Shown in pieces: positions 34,801 to 44,431 of a stretch of 64,000 bases of DNA. The stretch's first letter is position 1; each line of letters begins with the position of its first letter. The notes beneath the pieces were generated by a model that saw only the letters and a list, made by a program, of their open reading frames with translations, was not told where the DNA came from and ran no database searches. The translations under genes were made by a program, and so were the position numbers. The stretch comes from a virus. Lineage: Duplodnaviria; Caudoviricetes. The stretch covers positions 20,843-84,842 of the IMG/VR virus record IMGVR_UViG_2597490183_000004, one strand, 5' to 3'.

Positions 34801-37727
34801 GCACGATGTTCATCGTTGAGCTGTTGCCTGCACTGCTGCCGCTGCTTCCGCCGGTGATCCAGTTCTCGACGCTGCTGACTCAGCTCGCCGTCATGGTGAT
34901 CACCGGGATTGTCGTTCCGGCGATGACGAAGTTCATCGAGCACATGACCGCACTGCGGGAGAAGCTGCGCCCTGCCGTCGACGCAATCAAGTGGGTCACG
35001 GAGAAGATCGCGGGGGCCTTCGAGTGGCTCTACGACTTCCTCCTCGGCCACTCCGTCATCCCCGACATCGTCAACGGGGCGATCAGGTGGTTCACGGACC
35101 TGCGCAACGGGGCCATCCGGATCTTCAACTGGCTCCGCGAGAAGGTCGCCGGGGTCTGGTCCGGGCTGTGGAACAACATCAAGACCACCGCTTCCGACGC
35201 CTGGGGCAGCGTCCGCCGCGGCTTCGACAACTTCGCCGAGAAGCTGTCTGGGGCGTTCAACACCCTGAAGAAGGGCCTCGGGAAGATCTGGGATGGGCTG
35301 AAGGAGCTCGTCAAGAACCCCATCAAGTTCTGGATCGACGTCGTCTACAACAAGGGCATCGTCTCCGTCTGGAACAAGACCGCGGCGAAGATCCCCGGCG
35401 TCCCCGACCTCAAGCCCATGGGCCTCCCCAAGGGCTTCGCGCGCGGCGGGATCCTCCCCGGGCAGTCCTCCTGGCGGCAGGGTGACGACCAGCTTGTACC
35501 GATGCGCCGCGGCGAGGGCGTGTACGTCTCCGAGGCGATGCGCGACCCCTACGAGCGGGCCCGGCTCCACGCCGTCAACCAGGCGGCCATGCGCGGTCAA
35601 TCCCTGCGAGCCTTCCGCGGGTTCGCAGAGGGCGGCATCTTCGACGGCATTACCAACGCCGTCGGCAGCGTCCTCTCCAAGGGCGCCGACGTCGCCCGCG
35701 GCGGCCTCGCCGACCTCGCCGAGTCCGCGTTCTCCCCGGTCAAGAAGGGCATCACCAAGGCCCTCGGGAAGAACAAGAGCACCTGGCCCGGCATGATCGG
35801 ACAGGCCCCGATCGGGCTCATCAACAAGGCCATCGACTACATCCGCGGCAAGGACATCGTCGAAGGCACCGGCCAGTGGCTCAAGCCCGTCTCCGCCCCC
35901 TACGGCACCCCGTTCGGGAAGCCGGGGCTGATGTGGTCCAGTGGCCGACACACCGGGTTGGACTTTCCGGCGAAGACCGGTACGCCGATCCGGGCGGTCG
36001 ACTCAGGGGTCGTCCGGCAGGCCGTCGACTCGGGGCCCTACGGCAAGCACATCGAGATCAACCACGGCAGCGGTCTGTCGTCCCTCTACGCCCACATGTC
36101 CGCCATGCTCGCCAAAGCCTCCGACACCGTGAAGCGCGGCCAGCAGATCGGACGGGTCGGCGCCACCGGCAACACCACCGGCCCCCACCTCCACCTCGAA
36201 GCCCGCATCAACGGCAAGACCGTCGACCCCATGCGCTACCTCGAAGGCGGAGGTGACGGTGGCAGCGGCGGTTCCGGGGTGGAGCGGTTCCGTGGCGTCG
36301 TCACCCAGGCGCTGGGGCAGGTCGGTCAGTCCCTGTCGCTGGTGAACACGACGCTGCGCCGCATGAACCAGGAGTCGGGCGGCAACCCCAAGGCGGTCAA
36401 CCGCAACGACATCAACTGGATCAACGGCACCCCATCCGTCGGTCTGATGCAGGTCATCCGCCCCACGTTCGACGCCTACGCCGGGAAGTACCGCAAGACC
36501 GGGCCCAAGCTGTACGGGGTCTCGATCGACCCGATGGCGAACATCTACGCCTCCATGCGCTACGCCCTGTCCCGTTACGGCAGCCTGTCGTCCGCCTACA
36601 ACAGGCCCGGTGGTTACGCCCTCGGCGGCATCGTCGGCGGCGGGGTACAGATCAGCACCGGGTTCCGGCGGGGCTCCGGCTATGCCACGGGCGGCGTCAT
36701 CCGGGTCGGCGGGAAGAGCATCGACACCGGGCCCATCGCGGCGTCGGTCGGCGCGAACTTCCTCAAGGCCCTGGCCGGTACGGCGTCCGCGATCGACAAG
36801 GCCATGACCCAGGTCGCCACCGCCGTGAAAAACGCGTTCAAGGGCGTGAAGACCACCCTCGACGACAAGCTGGTCCGGCAGCTCACCACCCAGAACAAGG
36901 CACTCCAGACCCTGGCGAAGCAACGCGACACCATCGCCGCAAAGATCAGCCAAGCCAAGGCATTCGCCGCCGAGACGACTACCAACGCGGCCAACTTCGC
37001 ATCCCTGACCAGCCTCCCGAACAGCGGTCTGCCGTTCGGCGCGGACGGCATCCTCAACGGTCTGCAGGTGCGCCTCGGTCAGCTCAACGCGTTCTCGAAG
37101 AACCTGGAAATCCTGGGCAAGCGCGGCCTGTCCAAGGCCCTGATCGGGCAGATTATCGCCGCCGGCCCCGACCAGGGCGCCCCGTATGCCGCGGCGTTGG
37201 TGAAGGCGACCGACGCCCAACTGAAATCGATCAACGCAACCCAGGTCCAGATCGGGAAGGCCACGTCGGCTTACGGCAACGCCGCTGCGGACGCCATGTA
37301 CGACGCCGGATCCATGGCGGGGAAGGGTTTCCTGACGGGGCTGGTGGCGCAAGAGAAGGCGATCGTGAAGGCGATGGCCGACCTGGCGAAGAAGATCCAG
37401 AAGACCATCAAGGTCGAACTGAAGATCAAGTCTCCTTCGCAGGTCCTCGCCGGCCTCGGCCGGTTCACCGGTCTCGGGTTCGTCCGCGGGGTCCGCGACA
37501 CCATCCCGCAGGCCGCCGCTGCGGCAGCATCCATGGCCCGCGTCGTTCGGTCGACCGCCGCAGCCACCGTCGCCCGCACCGAGGTCAGCACGGTCAACAA
37601 CACCAGTGGCGACCGGGTCCTGAACTACAACGCCCGGGTCACCGAGGTCGCCTCGAAGCGCAGCATCCTCGATGCCCTGGCGCAGGACGACATGCTCCAC
37701 CGTCCGGTCATGAGCGGAGCCAACTGA
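31863..37727 (+). CDS. tape measure protein with M23 peptidase and lytic transglycosylase domains
   Basis: 1954 aa; HTGLDF...YAHMS...TGPHLHLE (M23); QESGGNP.A.N...GLMQ (SLT). Confidence 0.95.
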   Translation: MAEPTLVGSTRVSLIPDTSSFGDRLRIELPSAIRQPAKLAGEVAGDQILDGIRRKLAAATPTVRVGVDLLTTVAEAKLTKLTKTRTVKITAELDDKAATTALTRLTRDRTVKVRAELDDTAARAGLGRLTDQRTVKVTAQLDDTAAKAALGKLNADRTVKITAQVDDTAAKAKLAGFGQTTVDIVAKINDAAYKRVEKALAKLTADRFVQIRATLDTRVAANELRGLTQRQRVRIGVDVDTRVAADDIANLTRRRTARITARADTASAATALTTLTRDRVTNVRVRTVGLSALTGSLASLGSASGSGGGLGRLSGGIGSLAAAAVLALPQIASLGSAVAQLGPLAAVAAPGVLTLATAFGAIKLGTSGVGDAIKAAFSPAPAEAKAAVTATRQVETAQRSLANAQRGVADAERNLSQAQRTARQAQQELSAARRQAARDLEDMNQRLRQGALDQKQAALDIEQAELDLAKTRSDPTATQLQIQQANLSLERARAAAEEQSRQQKRLQVDTAAANKAGVAGSDAVVQAQERIRSANEQVADQQRGLVDAHRAVADATRAVADAQQNAATQTTKLDDAISKLSPNARGFVNTLQAMAPAWRAMKLDVQDALFAGLGSRLQAVGGRILPTVRAGFVGAAGELSDMAKNALTAVATLERTGQLKGTFDVIRNGLGNLNRIPGQVLTGLSQLTIAAGPAWDRITAGAGEAMDRVMGKLAKGLENGKLEEAINTALDIAVQFGGVLADLGGIIRNVFGAAADGGGDFFAIIGSALAEIRRVTALPEVQDSLKAIFSAVQAVAGLLAGALGDAIQAVLPVLAALAPSVTQVAKLLGPAVSDLFATLGEALLPVAEALGPVLVVAAQAVIALVKAVSPLLPVLGKLIGDLLPLVTPIFDMLVTVFNALAPVIAQIAAQLGPILTPIIEGLAAVISELAQQFAAQFLNLLQQLLPVLPMLIPAFIQLGQAIGQILFALAPLLPQLLLLSTMFIVELLPALLPLLPPVIQFSTLLTQLAVMVITGIVVPAMTKFIEHMTALREKLRPAVDAIKWVTEKIAGAFEWLYDFLLGHSVIPDIVNGAIRWFTDLRNGAIRIFNWLREKVAGVWSGLWNNIKTTASDAWGSVRRGFDNFAEKLSGAFNTLKKGLGKIWDGLKELVKNPIKFWIDVVYNKGIVSVWNKTAAKIPGVPDLKPMGLPKGFARGGILPGQSSWRQGDDQLVPMRRGEGVYVSEAMRDPYERARLHAVNQAAMRGQSLRAFRGFAEGGIFDGITNAVGSVLSKGADVARGGLADLAESAFSPVKKGITKALGKNKSTWPGMIGQAPIGLINKAIDYIRGKDIVEGTGQWLKPVSAPYGTPFGKPGLMWSSGRHTGLDFPAKTGTPIRAVDSGVVRQAVDSGPYGKHIEINHGSGLSSLYAHMSAMLAKASDTVKRGQQIGRVGATGNTTGPHLHLEARINGKTVDPMRYLEGGGDGGSGGSGVERFRGVVTQALGQVGQSLSLVNTTLRRMNQESGGNPKAVNRNDINWINGTPSVGLMQVIRPTFDAYAGKYRKTGPKLYGVSIDPMANIYASMRYALSRYGSLSSAYNRPGGYALGGIVGGGVQISTGFRRGSGYATGGVIRVGGKSIDTGPIAASVGANFLKALAGTASAIDKAMTQVATAVKNAFKGVKTTLDDKLVRQLTTQNKALQTLAKQRDTIAAKISQAKAFAAETTTNAANFASLTSLPNSGLPFGADGILNGLQVRLGQLNAFSKNLEILGKRGLSKALIGQIIAAGPDQGAPYAAALVKATDAQLKSINATQVQIGKATSAYGNAAADAMYDAGSMAGKGFLTGLVAQEKAIVKAMADLAKKIQKTIKVELKIKSPSQVLAGLGRFTGLGFVRGVRDTIPQAAAAAASMARVVRSTAAATVARTEVSTVNNTSGDRVLNYNARVTEVASKRSILDALAQDDMLHRPVMSGAN
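32115..32400 (+). repeat. ~72-bp (24-aa) tandem repeats in tape measure N-terminus
   Basis: RTVK(I/V)xA(E/Q)(L/V)DD(K/T)AA x4 plus degenerate copies. Confidence 0.8.
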
Positions 37728-38668
37728 TGCCGATCCTGGTCGCCTCATCGATCCCGCCCGAGGAGCAGCAGCCGCCGTGGGAGTGGCCGCAGCGCGTCGT
37801 CGAGATGCCCCTGGTGTCCTTCACCGACCCCGGCGGTGCAACAACGCTCCTCACGGACTGGGAACGCGGCTGGGTCGTCCAGCCCGGCATCAAGGGCCTC
37901 GACATGCCTGACTACGCCATGGCCACGGACGAGTCACCCGGCATCGACGGCTACGAAGTACGCCAAGTCCGCGCCCAGGGCAAAACGATCAGCATCCCGA
38001 TCGCGTTCTGGGCCAACGACAGCAGAGCCGCCTACCTGGCCCGCCGGCGCACGTTCATTCGTGCCCTCAATCCGAAGCGCGGGCAGGGAACCCTGACCCT
38101 CACCCAGCCCGACGGGGACGTCCGCAGTATCGGGGTCCGCTACCAGGACGGCATGGAAGGCGACGAGTCCCTAGACGCCGCGGGACGGCGATGGTGCATC
38201 GGCGTGGTCACCTTCGCTGCCCCGTCTCCGTATTGGACTGGGGGAGAGGTCACCACCGAGTGGAAGAACAGCGCGGGCGGGGACTTCTTCCCGTTCCTCC
38301 CACTCGTGGTGGGCGACTCGCAGGTCCTCGGCTCGGTGACCGTCGAAAACGACGGCGACGACGACGCCTTCCCCGTGTGGACCATCAAGGGCCCAGCCAC
38401 GTCGGTCACCCTCACCAACACCACGACCGGGCAGACCCTCGTCCTCACCCGCACGATCACCGGCGCGGACACGATCGTCATCGACAGCAGGGAACGCCGC
38501 CAGACCGCGCTCCTCAACGGGGTCACGAACCTGTGGCCGAACCTGTCCAACGCCTCGGCTCTGTGGCCTCTGGAGACCGGTGTCAACAAGCTCACCCTCA
38601 CCGTGGCCGGCTCCACGTCCGCCACCTCTGTCCGCATGACGTACCAGCCCCGCTACCTGGCCGCCTGA
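37727..38668 (+). CDS. distal tail protein (Dit-like)
   Basis: GLDMP, A.SPYW, N.GD..A.PVWTI.GP, W.L..G.N. Confidence 0.85.
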   Translation: MPILVASSIPPEEQQPPWEWPQRVVEMPLVSFTDPGGATTLLTDWERGWVVQPGIKGLDMPDYAMATDESPGIDGYEVRQVRAQGKTISIPIAFWANDSRAAYLARRRTFIRALNPKRGQGTLTLTQPDGDVRSIGVRYQDGMEGDESLDAAGRRWCIGVVTFAAPSPYWTGGEVTTEWKNSAGGDFFPFLPLVVGDSQVLGSVTVENDGDDDAFPVWTIKGPATSVTLTNTTTGQTLVLTRTITGADTIVIDSRERRQTALLNGVTNLWPNLSNASALWPLETGVNKLTLTVAGSTSATSVRMTYQPRYLAA

Positions 38669-38681
38669 GAGGAGGACCACC

Positions 38682-39854
38682 GTGCCTAGCACCGCACTTC
38701 GCGTCTACGTCCGTAACTCTGCCCTGGAGCGCATCGGGCAGATCGACGACTACACCAGCCTCACCGTCATTCCCCGCTACAACGCCATCGGGTCCTTCGT
38801 CCTGGAGATCTCCGCCGACTCCGGCAAGGCCAACCTGCTGGCGGAGGGTAACGGGCTCATCATCCGAACCGCGGACGGCACCCTGGTCGACTCAGGGCCG
38901 ATCCGCACCGTCGACTGGTCCCGCTCCAAGGATGACTCCGGCGAGGGAAAGCTGACCGTCGGTGGGGTGTCCGACACGGAGGTGCTGGCCCGCTATACCT
39001 GCTGGCCTGCCCCCGGCAACGCCATCGGGTCCCAGGCCGATACCGTCTACAAGGTCAGCGCCGTGGTGGCTGAGACGGCCATGCGCACGCTCGTCAACCT
39101 GAATGCCGGGCCCGGCGCCCTGGCCGCCCGCAAGAACCCGCTCCTCACTCTCGCAACCAACGGCAACCGTGGGCCGACGATCACCCGGCAGCTCAACCAG
39201 TTCGACGGCCTCCTCGCCGTCCTCACCGACATTGCGAACGCCGCCGGGCTCGGGTTCCGCGTTGTCCAGGTTGGGTCCGGGTTGCAGTTCCAGGTGTACG
39301 AACCCACCGACCGGTCTGGCACCGCCCGGTTCGCGTTCCGGCTGGGAAACCTCACCGACGCCAACTACTCGACGACACCACCCACCTGCACCCGCGCCGT
39401 GGTGGTCGCCGGCGGCCAGACCTCACCCCGCCAGTGCAAAACCTACGACCGAGCCGACCCACTGTTCCCTGGGCTCACCATCGAGCAGTTCGTCGACCTC
39501 ACCTCCGTGGACACCGCATCCGTCGACCTCGTGGCACAGATGGACCAGGCCGCCGAAGAAGCCCTCACCTCGGGTGCCGGGCAAGGGTCGTTGGCCATCA
39601 GCCCGATCGACATCCCGCACCTCCAGTACGGGCGGGACTACCAGGTCGGGGACACCGTGTCCGCGATGGTCCGCGACTCGTGGATGACCGACGTGGTCCG
39701 CGAAGTCACCCTCACCTGCACTGCCGGAGAAGGCACCACGGTGAAGGCCGCCGTCGGCTCCAGCAGCGGCGACGGCACGGTCGCCCGCATCTACAAGTTC
39801 CTCGCCCAGGTCAAGAAGGACGTCGGGCGCCTCAAGACCAGGAGGTCCGCCTGA
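38682..39854 (+). CDS. minor tail protein (ReqiPepy6 Gp37-like)
   Basis: RYNAIGSF.L, EQFVD, YGRDY.VGD.V. Confidence 0.85.
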   Translation: MPSTALRVYVRNSALERIGQIDDYTSLTVIPRYNAIGSFVLEISADSGKANLLAEGNGLIIRTADGTLVDSGPIRTVDWSRSKDDSGEGKLTVGGVSDTEVLARYTCWPAPGNAIGSQADTVYKVSAVVAETAMRTLVNLNAGPGALAARKNPLLTLATNGNRGPTITRQLNQFDGLLAVLTDIANAAGLGFRVVQVGSGLQFQVYEPTDRSGTARFAFRLGNLTDANYSTTPPTCTRAVVVAGGQTSPRQCKTYDRADPLFPGLTIEQFVDLTSVDTASVDLVAQMDQAAEEALTSGAGQGSLAISPIDIPHLQYGRDYQVGDTVSAMVRDSWMTDVVREVTLTCTAGEGTTVKAAVGSSSGDGTVARIYKFLAQVKKDVGRLKTRRSA

Positions 39855-40858
39855 TGGCCGAGTTCAGTGCGCCGTTCGATGACGCTCCGATCGCAACGCA
39901 GTCCCAGTGGTCCCGCATGGCACGGCGATGGGGCCTCGACGGGGTGCACGCCTCCGACCCTGCCAGCACAGCATTGAAGATCACCGGGAACGGTACCGGG
40001 AACGTCGTCCTCCAGCCAGGGGAGGCGTTCGTCAACGGGTTCTACTACCTCAACGACGCCGTGAAGAACATTGCGGTGACGGCCAACGCTGGATCCACCA
40101 CGCGCGTCGACACCGTGATCCTCCGTGCCTCTATGAGCGCCAAGTCGGTTGTTGCCGTCTACAAAACCGGGGGCAGCACCGCCCCGACCCTCACCTCGGA
40201 CGAGAACGGCATCTACGAAATCCCGCTCGCCCAGTGCACCGTCGCCGCAGGGTCCTCCGTCGTCACCGCCGTCAACGTTCTCGACCGCCGCTGGTTCACC
40301 GACCGCGGTGTCATGCCCAGCATCCCGGGGGCACGCCGGCCCAGCATTCGCGGGCAGCTCCTCGTCGAGGGCACCACCCTGTACGTCGGCGACGGGGCCA
40401 CGTGGCTGTGGCTCGGGTCCGCGGGCCAGGACGACACCACGTACACCCCGGCGTGGACCGCAGGGTCCACCACCATCAGCTGGGGTGCCGGGTCACAGAA
40501 TGTCGGCCGTTTCCAGGTGCGTGGGAAGCGCGTCGACGTGACGATCCAGCTGGCACCAACGGGGAACCCGGGGAACATCAACTCGCCGCTGATGGTGACG
40601 CTCCCGCCCGGGTACCCGGCGACCCCCGCCATGCGGTCGGTCTTCACCTGGACGTACACGTCAACAAACTCACAAGGATCCGGGCTCGGCTCCGGAATTG
40701 TGTTCCCGGACCAGTCGGCCACAAAGATCGGCGCCCTGCGGTACGCGCTGCCTAGCGGGTCCGCGTCGTCCACCACCCACACGATCACCAACGGCATCCC
40801 GTGGGACATCCAGGACGGCTCCATCCTCACCATCGACGGCTCCTACTGGCTCGCCTGA
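39854..40858 (+). CDS. minor tail/baseplate protein
   Basis: V.LQPG.AFVNG, RVD.V.LR, YEIPLA; beta-rich C-terminus. Confidence 0.8.
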   Translation: MAEFSAPFDDAPIATQSQWSRMARRWGLDGVHASDPASTALKITGNGTGNVVLQPGEAFVNGFYYLNDAVKNIAVTANAGSTTRVDTVILRASMSAKSVVAVYKTGGSTAPTLTSDENGIYEIPLAQCTVAAGSSVVTAVNVLDRRWFTDRGVMPSIPGARRPSIRGQLLVEGTTLYVGDGATWLWLGSAGQDDTTYTPAWTAGSTTISWGAGSQNVGRFQVRGKRVDVTIQLAPTGNPGNINSPLMVTLPPGYPATPAMRSVFTWTYTSTNSQGSGLGSGIVFPDQSATKIGALRYALPSGSASSTTHTITNGIPWDIQDGSILTIDGSYWLA

Positions 40859-40877
40859 CCCCCGAAAGGACACCACC

Positions 40878-42653
40878 ATGCGGCACCTCTTCGGGGGCAC
40901 CACCTCGGACTACGCCATGCAGCAGGTCGGCAACCAGCTCCTGCTCCGCCCCGGAGCGACCGGCCAGGTATGGAACGCGATCGTCGGCGGCACGCAGCTC
41001 ACTGACCTGACCGACACAGCCGGGGTTCCGATCACCAGCGTGATCGCCGCCTCCGACGGGGCGGTGGCCTTCTACGGCCCGGAGGATGTCACCGAGTGCT
41101 TCATAGACTTTGGGTTCGGTCGCCGGTACACCCTCATCGCCTCCGACATCGCGAGCACCGTCTCCGCACGCCTCGACGGGCTGGTAGCGGCGGCTGCCGA
41201 CGATGCGACAACGAAGGCCAACAACGCCCAGGCCGGGGCTGTTTCGACAGCGGCAACCTCCGCCGCGGCGCTGTACCTTCCGAACGCCATCACCACCGTG
41301 GACAGCATCATCACCCCTGCGACTCCGGCGGCACCTGTGTACTTCGCACACCGTGGTGGGGGCATGGTCCGCCCCGAGCACACGTTGGTCGGCTACCGGG
41401 CGTCGGCTGCGATGCGGTACCCGTTGGAAATCTCCGTCAATGTCGACGCCAGCGGTGAGTTGTGGTGCCTGCACGACGCGACCGTGGATCGGACGACGAA
41501 CCGGACGGGGCTGCTGAGCTCGTACACGACGGAGGAGGTTGCCCAGCAGATCCAGACGAACAACCGTGGTCTGCTTGGTGCCGGTTGGGCGGAGCAGCGG
41601 CTGGTGCCGTTGCGGCAGGTGCTGGATGAGTTCCTGGGCAAGGTGCCGATCTTGCTGGAGCCGAAGGCGAATGACGCGGTGGTGCCGACGCAGCAGTTGC
41701 TGGACGCCTCGTACCCGCACGCTCCGCGCAGCGTGATCTGGAAGGCGCACATCGGGACGCTCAGCTTGCCCTGGGCGAAATCGAGGGGGTACCGGACGTG
41801 GGTGTACCTGGACTCGGGCACCAGTGACGCCACGATGGATGGCAAGGACGCCAACGTTGACTACTGGGGTGTGAACACGACGTTCACGGACACCCGGATC
41901 TCCCAGGTGGTGGCCCGGGGGAAGCCGGTCTTCGCGTGGGCGGTGTACAGGCGCTCCCAGGTCGCACGGCTCACCGGCCTGGGTGTCGTCGGCATGATGT
42001 CGTCCGACCCGCGGTACGTGTCGACGTCGGCCCCTCAGCGGACCGCGTCCCGCTGGGATCTTCAGATCAAGGAGCCGGGGTGCACGCCCACGATCGACTA
42101 CGACGAGACCTACGCTCTCCAGTTCGCCCCGTCACCGGACGTCGGCTGGGTGAGTGTGCCAGCTGTGCCGTTCCAGTCGGTGGGGTTGGGCACGTACTGC
42201 CCGATCGCGGTGGGGGCGGGCGGGTACCGGATCAGCTTTGACATGAAGTTCAAGGTGCTGCCAGCGTCCACGTTGCACGGTGGCATCTATTTCGGGAAGC
42301 AGAGCGACGACCCGTACCGGTTCAGCCAGTCGAACGCGACGGGCGGCTATCACCTGGTGATGCGGGCGAACGGGCAGATGCAGCTCAACAAGCACACAGC
42401 TGGGGTGACGTCGGGGACGACGATGGGTTCGGTGATCGCGACGACGGCCCCGGTGGCGGATGCGGCGATGAGTTTCCAGGTGGATGTGACGCCGACGACG
42501 GTGGAGGTTCGGCGGACGGACGGTACGGGGTGGACGACGGGTGCTCTGGCGGACACGACGTACCGGGGAGGCTATTTCGGCCTGTCGAACGGGTCGATCA
42601 CGGATGTGGCGACGCGGCCGTACTGGCGGAACCTGGTGGTGACCCAGTTGTGA
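40878..42653 (+). CDS. tail-associated glycerophosphodiester phosphodiesterase (GDPD) protein 1
   Basis: MRHLFGG tail-type N-terminus; AHRGGG...PEHT, E.SV, HD.T.DRTT, LEPK, G.MS.DP. Confidence 0.85.
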   Translation: MRHLFGGTTSDYAMQQVGNQLLLRPGATGQVWNAIVGGTQLTDLTDTAGVPITSVIAASDGAVAFYGPEDVTECFIDFGFGRRYTLIASDIASTVSARLDGLVAAAADDATTKANNAQAGAVSTAATSAAALYLPNAITTVDSIITPATPAAPVYFAHRGGGMVRPEHTLVGYRASAAMRYPLEISVNVDASGELWCLHDATVDRTTNRTGLLSSYTTEEVAQQIQTNNRGLLGAGWAEQRLVPLRQVLDEFLGKVPILLEPKANDAVVPTQQLLDASYPHAPRSVIWKAHIGTLSLPWAKSRGYRTWVYLDSGTSDATMDGKDANVDYWGVNTTFTDTRISQVVARGKPVFAWAVYRRSQVARLTGLGVVGMMSSDPRYVSTSAPQRTASRWDLQIKEPGCTPTIDYDETYALQFAPSPDVGWVSVPAVPFQSVGLGTYCPIAVGAGGYRISFDMKFKVLPASTLHGGIYFGKQSDDPYRFSQSNATGGYHLVMRANGQMQLNKHTAGVTSGTTMGSVIATTAPVADAAMSFQVDVTPTTVEVRRTDGTGWTTGALADTTYRGGYFGLSNGSITDVATRPYWRNLVVTQL

Positions 42654-42910
42654 TGCCGGGCGCGGTGGCTGGGATGGTTCCGGCGTTTCCCGGGCTGCGG
42701 GCGGACGTGACGGCGCCGCCGGGCTCGGACACGGCGGCGGTGCCGGGTGGGGGAGTGGTGGTGGGCTGGGTACTGGTCGCCGACGAGCAGGCGGTGGGTG
42801 GCGCCCGGGTCGATCCGGTGTTCCTCGCAGCCGGCCAAGCGTGGACACCGGACCAGCTCCGGCAGGAGCACGGGCAGCACCTGGGCGTGACGGTGGGATG
42901 GGTCGGCTAG
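42653..42910 (+). CDS. small hypothetical protein
   Basis: TGATG coupling after GDPD1. Confidence 0.55.
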   Translation: MPGAVAGMVPAFPGLRADVTAPPGSDTAAVPGGGVVVGWVLVADEQAVGGARVDPVFLAAGQAWTPDQLRQEHGQHLGVTVGWVG

Positions 42911-43018
42911 TCAGCGTCGGGAGCTGCGCCCGCTGTACCAAGGGAGGGCGAGTCCGTCGCTCTCGGCACGGGGCGACACAGACCATAGCTTTCTCGTTTT
43001 GATAATAGACTGTGTTGC

Positions 43019-43801
43019 ATGGATGAGAACTGTCCCGCTTGCGGGCAACCCCGGATTCGTCGACATGGTCGAGCTCTTCTCACCTGCGGCGACACCGCGT
43101 GTGGGTACAAACTGCGAGCCCAGAGGCTACGAGGCCGGGTCTACGGAAACCGAGGGGGCGGCCCGCCGAGGAAGGCCGACCCCACATACAACGCCGTCCA
43201 CGTCCGCGCTCGTCGCGCATTCGCAGGCGCGCCCTGTGAACTGGCCGATGAGACCTGCCAGGGAAGGATCGAGATGGCCCTGCGAGTGGACGTGCCGCCG
43301 CAGTTGCTGAAGTTCTCCCCCGAAGGGGCCCCGTACTACGCCGGGTTCAACACGGAAGACGCGTACCGTCCTCTGTGCCGATCGCACCATGGACGGGAAG
43401 GCGCCTTGCGAGCTGCCGCCCACCGGTCGCCCGCCATTGCCGCGGGCGTAATCCGCGACAGGCTTCAGGCGGAGCATGAATGCACCGGTGAGGGCTGCCA
43501 AGTGTGCTGTCTTCTGGCGGAGTTCGACTCCCTGGCCGAGGCGCTCGTCTCCGCGGAGGCTGCGTCGATAGAGCGGCGCGCTGCGCTCCCGGCGTCCGAC
43601 CCCACGCAGGTGCGCGACCGGGTCGATGTGTGCGAGCGCGGCCACAGGCTGATTGCCCCGAACCTCGTGCCATCGGACCTGCGGCGCGGCGGAAAGACGT
43701 GCCTGTCCTGCAAGCGTGCATACGACCGCGCCCGAGGAAAGCCGGGCTTTCCGATCGCGGAGGTCGCAGATCGCATCTATGCGCAGGTCAGGGCTTCGTA
43801 G
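43019..43801 (+). CDS. HNH-like zinc-binding endonuclease
   Basis: CPAC, YNAVH.R, YRPLCRSHH, CERGH...C.SCKR; TAGACT -10 seven nt before ATG (leaderless); atypical codon usage. Confidence 0.6.
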   Translation: MDENCPACGQPRIRRHGRALLTCGDTACGYKLRAQRLRGRVYGNRGGGPPRKADPTYNAVHVRARRAFAGAPCELADETCQGRIEMALRVDVPPQLLKFSPEGAPYYAGFNTEDAYRPLCRSHHGREGALRAAAHRSPAIAAGVIRDRLQAEHECTGEGCQVCCLLAEFDSLAEALVSAEAASIERRAALPASDPTQVRDRVDVCERGHRLIAPNLVPSDLRRGGKTCLSCKRAYDRARGKPGFPIAEVADRIYAQVRAS

Positions 43802-43815
43802 GCCCCACCTGGTGG

Positions 43816-44180
43816 TCATCCCTCGGTGCGTGCAGGGCCCTCGCCTCGCGGATCCCACGGGAGTGCGAGGGCGTCCCCATCGCGACGAGGAACTAGGTGC
43901 AGATGAAGATGCATCACGGACTGGGTGGCTTCCCGGCCCGGCTGGTGATGAGGTTCATGGGCCGGTCCATCTGCTCCATGAGCTGGGCCGCACGCCGCAT
44001 CGTGGCGGCGGAGACGGTCGGGTCGGTCGCGAAGTCGGTGACGTGGGTCTTCGGGATGACGAGGGTGTGGCCTTCGACGACGGGGTTGAGCGGCACGATC
44101 GCTATGGCGTCGGACCACTCGTGCACGAACTCGGCGGGCGCGCGGCCCTCGTTGATCTCGCAGAACGGGCAGGCGGTCAC
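43816..44180 (-). pseudogene. HIT-family protein, frameshifted
   Basis: CPFC...PLNPV.EGHTLVIPK.H in one frame, ATQSVMHLHLHLVPR in another; shift near 43940. Confidence 0.75.
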
Positions 44181-44431
44181 GACGCCTCCTGATTGCCGAG
44201 CGCCTGGATGGTGGCGCATGGGTGTTCGGTGGGTGGGTTGTCGGTGCTGCCGTCGGCCCAGCCGGAGCACTCGACGCAGATGGTGCGGCCACGGTGCTCA
44301 ACCGGGCGGTGAAGGGTGCGGACCTTCCCGGTCAGCTCGCGGGCGAACGCGTCGATAGCCTCGTCCACCTCGCTGCCCGCAACGGGCATGTCCTGGGCGG
44401 CGATGTTGAAGAGGTCTTCACGAGCGGTCAC
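44177..44431 (-). CDS. hypothetical protein (H.P...CVEC...PC.T)
   Basis: coupled operon gene. Confidence 0.65.
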   Translation of the reverse strand: MTAREDLFNIAAQDMPVAGSEVDEAIDAFARELTGKVRTLHRPVEHRGRTICVECSGWADGSTDNPPTEHPCATIQALGNQEAS

